Assembly (NCBI GenBank): GCA_040904565.1
Contig: JBBDTI010000004.1
Coordinates: forward strand, 1-13,374
Reading direction: 5' to 3'
Origin: Rhodothermales bacterium
Lineage (GTDB): Bacteria; Bacteroidota; Rhodothermia; Rhodothermales; VXPQ01
DNA: 13,374 nt
The notes under the pieces: model-generated
Told to the model about the DNA's origin: nothing
The model's input: only the letters and a program-made list of their open reading frames with translations
The model's database searches: none
Shown here: in pieces, positions 1 to 7,235 of the stretch
Layout: every line of letters begins with the position of its first letter
Position numbering within the stretch: the stretch's first letter is position 1
Made by a program: the position numbers and the translations under genes

Positions 1-45
1 TCCGAGCCGCAGGACTGCTATCCGATTAAGACTCCGCCTACCGTG

Positions 46-55
46 CGGCTAAGCG
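46..55 (+). repeat. Left copy of the 10-bp target site duplication CGGCTAAGCG
   Basis: Identical to 1587-1596 and directly abuts the left inverted repeat. Confidence 0.9.
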
Positions 56-127
56 CAATACCGTTGAAATAGACAATTCCGCTGCACTATCTTCTCTTCA
101 CATGGGCAACTTACTGGAGGGAATAGC

Positions 128-1420
128 ATGGCGCGCACCGTTGCGGGACTGCCGGCAGGCACGCGGCTCAGCGACTACATCACGCTCGGCGTCATCGCCG
201 AGCGCATTCCTCGTCGTATGGTCGACGATATCCTCCGTGAGGAGGAGCGAGAGAGTGAGCGCATTCGTAAGCTCCCGGCGCACGTCGTCGTCTACTACGT
301 GATCGCCCTGGCGATCTACATGAATGTCTCCTACGGGGAGGTGCTGCGGTGTCTTCTCGAAGGGCTCGCGTGGCTTGGCCGGCCGGTCAGGCAGCTTCGC
401 CAGACGACCAAGTCGGCCATTTCGCATGCCAGGACTCGCCTCGGCTACGAGCCCATGCGGCGGCTCTACCGGGAGCTGGTCGCGCCGGTGGCGACCGATC
501 GCACGCTCGGGGCGTGGTACCGTTCGCCGGTGCCGGATCGAGGTCCGCAGGCTCCGTCCTGGCGTCTTGTGAGCCTCGACGGATCGACGCTCGACGTGCC
601 GGACGAGACGGCGAACGTGGACGTCTTCGGCCGCCCAGGTACCGCACACGGCAAGAGTGCGTTTCCTCAGCTGCGATTCGTTTCGCTCGTCGAGTGCGGG
701 ACGCACGTAATCTTCGCTGCCGCTGAGGGCCCGTTCAGCTTCTCGGAGGTCCACCTGACAAGGAGCGTTCTGCCACAGTTGACGCCGGGTATGCTCTGCC
801 TCGCCGACCGCAACTTCTTCGGATACGACCTCTGGCACGAGGCCGCCTCGACGGGAGCGGATCTGCTCTGGCGCGTACGGCTCGATGCCGCGCTGCCGGT
901 TACGGAGTCGTTGCAGGACGGCTCCTTCCTCAGCACGATCTACGCCTCGGCCAAGGACCGGCGATCCGATCACGATGGCACGCCGGTGCGCGTCATCGAA
1001 TACGAGCTCGTCGACGACGTCGGCAACCGCGTCACGCCGGGGAGCAAGGACAACCATTACCGCCTCCTTACCACGATTCTCGATCCGGAAGCGGCCCCGG
1101 CCTCCGACCTGGCCCGGCTCTATCATGAGCGATGGGAGGCCGAGAACGCCTTTGACGAGTTCAAGACGCACCTGCGAGGACGAGCAACCGTGCTCCGGAG
1201 CCGAACGCCGGCCCTCGTGCGACAAGAGTTCTATGGCTTTCTGCTCGCTCACTACGTCATCCGCGGCCTGATGCACGAGGCCGCACTGGCCGCCGATATC
1301 GATCCCGATGAGGTCTCCTTCGTCCACAGCGTGCGCGTCATTCGCCGGAAGATCCAGGCCTCGGTCCGCCACCGTGGCACCGCCCCTTTTTCCCCCTCGG
1401 GCAATCGCCATGTTGCATGA
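128..1420 (+). CDS. IS4-family DDE transposase (430 aa in frame 0)
   Basis: IS4 N-terminal region (R.RKLPAHVVVYYVIALAIY...KSAISHARTRLG). Catalytic residues in LDGS and LADRNF. Exact Y-x2-R-x3-E-x6-K (YREK) signature YHERWEAENAFDEFK. RBS GGAGG at 116-120. Confidence 0.95.
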   Translation: MARTVAGLPAGTRLSDYITLGVIAERIPRRMVDDILREEERESERIRKLPAHVVVYYVIALAIYMNVSYGEVLRCLLEGLAWLGRPVRQLRQTTKSAISHARTRLGYEPMRRLYRELVAPVATDRTLGAWYRSPVPDRGPQAPSWRLVSLDGSTLDVPDETANVDVFGRPGTAHGKSAFPQLRFVSLVECGTHVIFAAAEGPFSFSEVHLTRSVLPQLTPGMLCLADRNFFGYDLWHEAASTGADLLWRVRLDAALPVTESLQDGSFLSTIYASAKDRRSDHDGTPVRVIEYELVDDVGNRVTPGSKDNHYRLLTTILDPEAAPASDLARLYHERWEAENAFDEFKTHLRGRATVLRSRTPALVRQEFYGFLLAHYVIRGLMHEAALAADIDPDEVSFVHSVRVIRRKIQASVRHRGTAPFSPSGNRHVA

Positions 1421-1577
1421 GAGCATCATCGAAGAGATTCTCGAGGTCCGCGTGGAGTCCAGCCGAGGTCGTCAGAACCCTCGCGCCGTCAAGCGAAAGA
1501 TGAGCAGCTACCCGACCCGGCATCGACAATACGTTCATCGCAAGCGGCGACAACTCGAGGTAAAAGTGCTAAAGTAA
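1389..1577 (+). CDS. Putative +1-frame C-terminal extension of the IS4 transposase (or a 55-aa ORF from ATG 1410)
   Basis: The +1 frame reads FPPRAIAMLHESIIEEILEVRVESSRGRQNPRAVKRKMSSYP..., a basic tail resembling IS4 C-termini. It starts at the TTTTTCCCCCT run, and its TAA stop (1575-1577) lies inside the right inverted repeat. Confidence 0.6.
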   Translation, partial: FPPRAIAMLHESIIEEILEVRVESSRGRQNPRAVKRKMSSYPTRHRQYVHRKRRQLEVKVLK

Positions 1578-1586
1578 ACGGTGTTG

Positions 1587-1596
1587 CGGCTAAGCG
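1587..1596 (+). repeat. Right copy of the 10-bp target site duplication CGGCTAAGCG
   Basis: Identical to 46-55 and directly abuts the right inverted repeat. Confidence 0.9.
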
Positions 1597-1938
1597 GCTA
1601 TTATCCGGAGACCGTCTGCACCCGTCACGATTCCGAATCGGGGAGCGTCACCGTATCGCTGGAAGAGTTCACCTTTCGGGAGGCGGAGGCGATTTGAGCG
1701 CGATCCAGGCAGGTGATAGGTGATTATTAAGGTTCGTAAGGATACCGTAGGCGCAAACTCGAGTATCTATATGCCCTTCAGATCGTTGCGAGCTATGCCG
1801 CCCAACAGGGAGACGGCGTAGACGTCGCCCGACACCACCTGATCTGGTCATATTGTCGTCGATCGGCCTCTCAACCACGTGATACATTTATATATTAGAG
1901 CCTGCGGCCCCAATCGCAATCGGCCGCGTCAGAGGTAT

Positions 1939-2436
1939 CTATTCGACAATCGCGGGGAACGAGGGGACGAATACTGAGCGATCGTGCTCGCCGCCGCGAT
2001 CGAAGAAGCGCATGCGCCCCTTCATGTCGCACGTCCAGACCTCGAGTGCGCCCGCCTCAAAGTAGAGATCTCGTTTTTCGTCGATCTCGGCGCGCGTGTT
2101 AGAATAGGAAAGAACCTCCACACAGATCTCGGGCGCAACGGGACAGACCTCGGCGCCTTCCGGCATCAGCTTCAGACGTTGATCCGAGATCCATACCACG
2201 TCGGGCAGCTTCACGCCCTTGGATGTCTCCACGGCAAACTCGACGGCGGATCGTCCCGGTCGCTCGAGCCGATCGAGCAGCGCGCCGATCCGGCCCTGCA
2301 TGAGCCCATGTCCGGGCTTCTGCGGGCTCATTACCAGCTGCCCATATTCGTTCGTCTCGATCTTGTAGGGCAGATCGCGCAGCGACGGATCGCGAAGGGC
2401 GCGGCTCCATCCGGAAAGGGCTTCCATGAGATGCAT
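1939..2436 (-). CDS. Uma2/DUF820 family PD-(D/E)XK nuclease-fold protein (165 aa; alternative start ATG 2427)
   Basis: Motifs LPYKIETNEYGQLVMSP...H, VKLPDVVWIS, APEICVEVLS.SN, EKRDLYFEAGALEVW are typical of Uma2 proteins. Confidence 0.9.
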   Translation of the reverse strand: MHLMEALSGWSRALRDPSLRDLPYKIETNEYGQLVMSPQKPGHGLMQGRIGALLDRLERPGRSAVEFAVETSKGVKLPDVVWISDQRLKLMPEGAEVCPVAPEICVEVLSYSNTRAEIDEKRDLYFEAGALEVWTCDMKGRMRFFDRGGEHDRSVFVPSFPAIVE

Positions 2437-2712
2437 GTCTAGATCGCTCCGTCAACATCCTGTTGAACAATCGAACGTCGGTCCCGATCCCGGGGCGAGC
2501 CATATGTAAAGACACGGAAACAAGCGTTTCATAATCTCGCCACGCCGGCGGCCGGAGGGAACCCGTTCATAACCCTGAAGGACAGCCGTGCCCTGGTCGG
2601 CTCGAAAGGCTCGTGGATGGCGAATGGGTGAAAGCTTACAATCCGGTCTCTGCGCGGCCGGGTGGTGGGTCGCCGATCAAGGTCGATGCTGAAGCACGTT
2701 TTTCAGCTGAGT

Positions 2713-2988
2713 TCACCATTCACGCTTCCCTTTTCGATCCTGGCTCTCCGTTTGACTCGTGGCCGGGAGACGGTGCTTCTGGCGCTTTGTGGCGATGTAC
2801 GGCGTGATGCCGGCTTCGACGCAGGCTTTGACATTGTCGCCGCTGTAGTACCCGGTGTCGGCCAGCACGGCGCGGACCCGGCCGAATGCCTCTGGCAAAG
2901 CAGCCAACCGCTCTGCGGCCGGCTCTAGTTGGTAGATGTCGATAGGATGGTTCGTGACGTCGGCACTCAGTATAAAGCCGCTGTCGAC
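2713..2988 (-). pseudogene. IS1182-like transposase internal fragment
   Basis: In-frame translation extended upstream of the listed ORF gives VDSGFILSADVTNHPIDIYQLEPAAERLAALPEAFGRVRAVLADTGYYSGDNVKACVEAGITPYIATKRQKH, with the LADxGY DDE motif in IS1182-type context. The N-terminus and the C-terminal catalytic E region are missing. Confidence 0.7.
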
Positions 2989-3072
2989 GCATCGGCCATG
3001 CAGGCACCATGGCGATCGTCGCCATGAGAGGTTTCAGAACTCCCCATTGGCATCGCGGTCTGAAAACCTATG

Positions 3073-6000
3073 TCATTCCAATGTGCGGATGAACGAAATC
3101 AAATCAGCCACTTCCTGATCGGTATAGTGTTCTATGAGTCCTTCCGGCATGAACGACCGGCCGCTGATAAACCCCTGATCTCTTATCTGCTCCTGGTCTA
3201 TGAAGACCGTCGCCCCGCCCACGAAGGCTATTGTTGTACCCTGCTCACCTCTCTCCACCAAATAACCCTCAACAATCCCCCCGTCTGTCTGGACAATGCG
3301 GTACACCAAATATCCGGACTCCACGGCCGCATTCGGATCGAGGATGGCTGTAAGTAGTGCTTCGGTATCACGGTAGGCCGAGCCGTCCAGGGCAGGTGCT
3401 ATATTTTGACCCCGGTCGCCCACGGAATGGCAGGTGAGGCACGTCTGAAACAATTTTTCTCCGTTCTCTACAGCCCCTCTGATCGACTGAACGATTCGCT
3501 GAAAGCGAGCTAGTTTGCTCTCAAATATCTCCTTCTCTTGCTGCTCGCGTTTCTGCACGCCCTCCAGGATTGCCGAACTAAGCGAACCGTCGCCGGCACC
3601 GCTGAGGCGTTCTGCTGCGGCAAGATCAAAGGCATCAAGTCCAATCATGTTTTCGTCATACATGCGTATCAACAGCTTCCTCCCGTCGTCAGAAGTTGAC
3701 AGGACATCCGTCATATCCTTTATCCGGTGATCGGTCAGCCCGGGGAGCCACTGACGGACCACGTTCAGTGCTGCCGCAGCATTTCCCCTGGCCAGGCTGT
3801 GCAGAGCATTGACGCGTATGTCGAACGCTATGCTTTCGTCACGGGCAATCCGAGCAAAGAAGTCCTGAGCCGTCACCGGATTGCTCTCCAGGGCTTTGAG
3901 AGCGAGAGTAAGGGTTTGCTCGGACGTATGGCGATCCAGCAGCGAAACGATTTCCTCAGAAAACCCTTCCATACCGAATTTTCCGATCGCGTCCAGCGCC
4001 AGGTTTATATCCTGCTCTGAATCGCTTTGCAGTAATGAGTTCACCGGAACGTGCATCATAGCCGTAAAGTCCGGGGAGTGCACCTGCCCCTGATACTGCA
4101 GCGCGAAATGAGTGTATCGGGAAGCGTGGGCAGGGGTATGAAGGACCGGTTTCACTAATTCATAGATCTCTTCATGGTCCAGCATCCGGGCAATGCTGAC
4201 AAAGGTCGGCCCATCGAGTCTCGTTATACCGGCCTTCGGCCACAATGCTAGAAAGGCCTCCTCTTTTGGTCCATCCGGGAGCGCCTGCGAGGCCCACAAC
4301 AGATTTTCGGCCGGCACCCTCCCGGCAGCATCTGAATCGAGGTACGTCTCCAGCTGGTCCGGATACTGCTCGAGGGCCTTTCGGGCCAGATACCGTTCAA
4401 ACGATCTCTCATACGGTCCTCCCAGAGCATATCCATCCATCTCCGGTTTGCCGGCACGAACAAGGAGCTCCACCGTCCCCTGGGTGGCCCCTTCAATGTC
4501 TGCCAACGTACGAAGCACCTGGGAGCGAACCATCGGATTGTCATCCTCTTCCAGGCCCTGCAGCCGGCCGGCTACGTGTGCCGGTTCCAGGGTGAAGCTG
4601 GCCAGGGACCGCACGGCTTCGCGGCGAAGGTCGTCCAGATCGCTTTCTAGTAACGAGGAAATAAGACCTTCATCGTAATGATCGATGCCTTCCAGGGACC
4701 ACAGGGCATGGATGCGGGTGATTTCATCGCGGGTATCGTCGCCGGCTAACGCGACCAGATCGGGAGCCAGCGTCTTCGTTTCGGCAATGGGCCGATCGCT
4801 GATTTGATGCCACGCCGCCCGCTTTTGCCAGAGCGATGGAGCGACGAGATGATCAACTAACGCAGCCGTACGAACCGCATAAAAATTCGGGATGCTTGGC
4901 TGCTCTTGGCTCTCATGGCAAACCCGCCAAATCCGACCGTGCGCTTTGTCCCGATCCAGGTGCGTGAGGGAAACCTCGTTATGGGATATAATCTTGTTGT
5001 ACCAATCGGCAATGTAAAGGCATCCATCTGGACCGAATTCCAGATTGACCGGACGAAAGAACTCGTCTTCCGACGTCATAAAATCCGCCAGGTGCTGAGC
5101 GCTGACCGCGCCATCGGCGTTTCTGACGATCCGTACCGCGTTAATGGTACTGGTAATGGGATTGGCAAGCAGCGCTACGTCATTCCAATTCTCAGGGAAA
5201 GAAACGCCTGGCCCGTCATCCGGGAATTCCAACCCGGAAATACCTGTGCCTCCAACGCGAAACTCATGTAGCTCCGGCATCCGGGGTTGATACGGCCGCA
5301 GGCGTTCGTTGCCTATGCCCGGGAAGCCTGTGCCCGGCTCCATCGGGACCACGGAATAGCCCAGGTCGTTGGCTTCGGTCCCATACCACTGCCCGTTATG
5401 GCGCAGCTGGAAGCCCCAGATGTTGTTCAGGCCCGAGCTTACGAGCTCGATCTCTTTCCCATCTAATGAAAACCGGACGATCTTACTGTAATCAATATCC
5501 AATTGCACATCGCTGTTAGCAGCCGATACTTTACCTTTGTTCAAGGCTCCGTGACTAAAATAAATCCAGCCGCCAGGGCCTCGGATGAGTGTATGGGCCA
5601 TCGTGTGGGTATCGGTAATACCGAACCCGGTGAATAGTGGAATGCGGCCGTCGGCCCGGCCGTCGTCGTTTTCATCCTCCAGGAAAAACAGTTCCGAGCC
5701 TTGCGCGATATACGCCCCATTCTTGTAGGGCAAGATACTCTGCGGAATAGCCAGGCCACTGGCCCACTTGGTTACGTTAACGGGGCTATTTCCATACAAA
5801 TTGGAAAGGACGAGAATATCGTCTTCCCCCTCGATCTTGCCCTGGTACATATCCAAAATTCTTTTGAACTCCGGATGATTGGTTTGAGCATCAGGATCAT
5901 CCATGAGCGCAATCAGCTCATTCCACTGAATATCCGTCACCGGATCCAGCGGATACATACGGGCTGTCTGCGTCCAAAGTCGGCCGGCGTCGTCAAACGT

Positions 6001-6195
6001 TAAATCAATCGGGTTGACGATGCCATCCCTCTCGCTCGCCACCAATTCTACCTCAAAGCCATCCGGTACCGTAAATCCCGAAAGCTCCTGCTCTGGCGAA
6101 AAAATCTCGTCACGATCAGACCGCGTATCCTGAGCAAATGAGCTTAATGGGAATAGTATGCTGATTATCAGGAGGACGGGAGAGAAATGTACCAT
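3073..6195 (-). CDS. PVC-type heme-binding CxxCH protein (secreted; dehydrogenase-like beta-propeller, HEAT-like repeats, C-terminal cytochrome c), 1040 aa
   Basis: Signal peptide MVHFSPVLLIISILFPLSSFA/Q. N-terminal SPEQELSGFTVPDGFEVELVASE..NPIDLTFDDAGRLW and FRPVNLEFGPDGCLYIADWYNKII.H motifs. HEAT-like RIHALWSLEG, LRREAVRSL, VRSQVLRTL. C-terminal GEKLFQTCLTCH (CLTCH at 3427-3441), ALLTAILDPNAAVESGY and SFMPEGL (candidate distal Met). Confidence 0.9.
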   Translation of the reverse strand: MVHFSPVLLIISILFPLSSFAQDTRSDRDEIFSPEQELSGFTVPDGFEVELVASERDGIVNPIDLTFDDAGRLWTQTARMYPLDPVTDIQWNELIALMDDPDAQTNHPEFKRILDMYQGKIEGEDDILVLSNLYGNSPVNVTKWASGLAIPQSILPYKNGAYIAQGSELFFLEDENDDGRADGRIPLFTGFGITDTHTMAHTLIRGPGGWIYFSHGALNKGKVSAANSDVQLDIDYSKIVRFSLDGKEIELVSSGLNNIWGFQLRHNGQWYGTEANDLGYSVVPMEPGTGFPGIGNERLRPYQPRMPELHEFRVGGTGISGLEFPDDGPGVSFPENWNDVALLANPITSTINAVRIVRNADGAVSAQHLADFMTSEDEFFRPVNLEFGPDGCLYIADWYNKIISHNEVSLTHLDRDKAHGRIWRVCHESQEQPSIPNFYAVRTAALVDHLVAPSLWQKRAAWHQISDRPIAETKTLAPDLVALAGDDTRDEITRIHALWSLEGIDHYDEGLISSLLESDLDDLRREAVRSLASFTLEPAHVAGRLQGLEEDDNPMVRSQVLRTLADIEGATQGTVELLVRAGKPEMDGYALGGPYERSFERYLARKALEQYPDQLETYLDSDAAGRVPAENLLWASQALPDGPKEEAFLALWPKAGITRLDGPTFVSIARMLDHEEIYELVKPVLHTPAHASRYTHFALQYQGQVHSPDFTAMMHVPVNSLLQSDSEQDINLALDAIGKFGMEGFSEEIVSLLDRHTSEQTLTLALKALESNPVTAQDFFARIARDESIAFDIRVNALHSLARGNAAAALNVVRQWLPGLTDHRIKDMTDVLSTSDDGRKLLIRMYDENMIGLDAFDLAAAERLSGAGDGSLSSAILEGVQKREQQEKEIFESKLARFQRIVQSIRGAVENGEKLFQTCLTCHSVGDRGQNIAPALDGSAYRDTEALLTAILDPNAAVESGYLVYRIVQTDGGIVEGYLVERGEQGTTIAFVGGATVFIDQEQIRDQGFISGRSFMPEGLIEHYTDQEVADLISFIRTLE

Positions 6196-6242
6196 TTAGG
6201 TTTTCACTACGGTGGTTTACGAATGCCTCGGTTTAAATATTG

Positions 6243-6258
6243 CCTAAGTTGAGCGATT
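6243..6258. repeat. Putative right terminal inverted repeat of the IS1380-like remnant (CCTAAGTTGAGCGATT)
   Basis: Lies about 70 bp downstream of the transposase fragment and begins CCTA..TT like IS1380-family ends (e.g. ISEcp1 CCTAGATT). No partner IR was found in the window. Confidence 0.4.
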
Positions 6259-6325
6259 CCGCATTTATGATAGGCATCGAGGGTGTCTGAAGCGGCTTTT
6301 CATTCTGCGGATCGTCTGATTGTTG

Positions 6326-6907
6326 CTAATTGCGTCGTTGGTGATCGCCTTGGATCGCCTCGTGCACGTCGCCGTAGAGCTTGCCGCCGATGAGATAACC
6401 AACGCCGAGGGCCTCGAGCTCTTTCATGAGGTTCTGGTCGAAGAAGCCGGCGTCCATGCGGTCAAGGATCGGCACCTCGCGGTAGCGGGTGCGAATAAGG
6501 TAGACGATGCGGGCGATCATCTTGATGATGGTATCGCCGTGATTGCTGTGCTTACTGCCTCCGCGGAAGACGGCATCAATCATAAACCGGCGCCATGTAA
6601 CCTGAAGCGACTGGAAGCCCTTGACGCCCCGCTTGTAGGTCGGGTCGACGCCTTGACGCACGTCCGCCTCACTGTTGTCCTTGACCATCGTATCGACGCC
6701 GAGAACGACAACCTCGGGCTCTTCGACATCGATCCGCCAGAGGAAGAGCTGCTGCAGAATCCGACGAAAGAGCCAGATGCGCCCCCACGAGAAGCCGCCG
6801 AAGAACCGCTTCATCTGGTGCGAGGAGGCCATCGCTTCCTCCGGCGTCTCGATCGCACCGGCGTAGCCATCATCCTCTTTCAGGTGATCGAAGTAGACGA
6901 GATGCCA
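6326..6907 (-). pseudogene. IS1380-family transposase fragment, truncated at both ends
   Basis: The frame is open from 6907: WHLVYFDHLKEDDGYAGAIETPEEAMASSHQMKRFF...VVLGVDTMVKDN...GVDPTYK.GVKGFQSLQ...FRGGSKHSN...RMDAGFFD. These are IS1380-type DDE motifs, but the fragment is about 190 aa, far shorter than a full transposase. Confidence 0.78.
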
Positions 6908-7207
6908 TTACCAATCGGCTCACCGGTGACGCTTAGAGGACGTATTCGAATGCACTAAGCAACTTACGCTGGGAAGCCACCATAAGCCTACCGTCGCGAG
7001 CATCGGCTACGCTTCTGGGCAGGAACATTGAAGCTGAACTCGACGCATTGACATGGCACGAACTGAATGAGGACTTGAGGTATTGACCTTCACCGTTGAA
7101 TTAGTAGCAACGCGTACGAGAGACTGCCCCGATTCCCCCTCGCCTTTCGAATCTGCTTTATCGAATCTGTCCTCCGATGTCCGATGGCCGTCTCCAGCAG
7201 GTCAGCC

Positions 7208-7235
7208 GACCACCGTGCATGAATCACGGGTGGTC
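7208..7235 (-). terminator. Hairpin immediately after the stop codon of the large cytochrome gene
   Basis: GACCACCGTG-catgaat-CACGGGTGGTC forms a 10-bp stem with a one-base bulge, abutting the TGA at 7236-7238. There is no U-tract, so terminator function is uncertain. Confidence 0.35.

Larger units (their letters stand above)
56..1586 (+). mobile_element. IS4-family insertion sequence (1531 bp), apparently complete
   Basis: Left end CAATACCGTTGA (56-67) matches the reverse complement of the right end, CAACACCGTTTA (1586-1575), at 10/12. Flanked by the perfect direct repeat CGGCTAAGCG (46-55, 1587-1596). Contains a DDE transposase. Confidence 0.92.

Noticed and set aside
98-1429. 443-aa antisense ORF spanning the transposase
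   Set aside because: Mirror-frame shadow of a GC-rich gene with no recognisable motifs; the + strand has the YREK signature and an RBS.
1939-2436. Uma2 gene as part of a defence or restriction system
   Set aside because: Solitary, with no methylase, antitoxin or other defence partner nearby; stand-alone Uma2 genes are common.
3008-3068. Hairpin CATGGCGA-TCG-TCGCCATG (3008-3026) and an imperfect GGTTTCAGA/TCTGAAAACC inverted pair downstream of the PVC gene
   Set aside because: No U-tract and no second copy; cannot distinguish terminator, IS end or chance.
6320-6958. 212-aa plus-strand ORF
   Set aside because: Antisense shadow of the IS1380-like transposase fragment.
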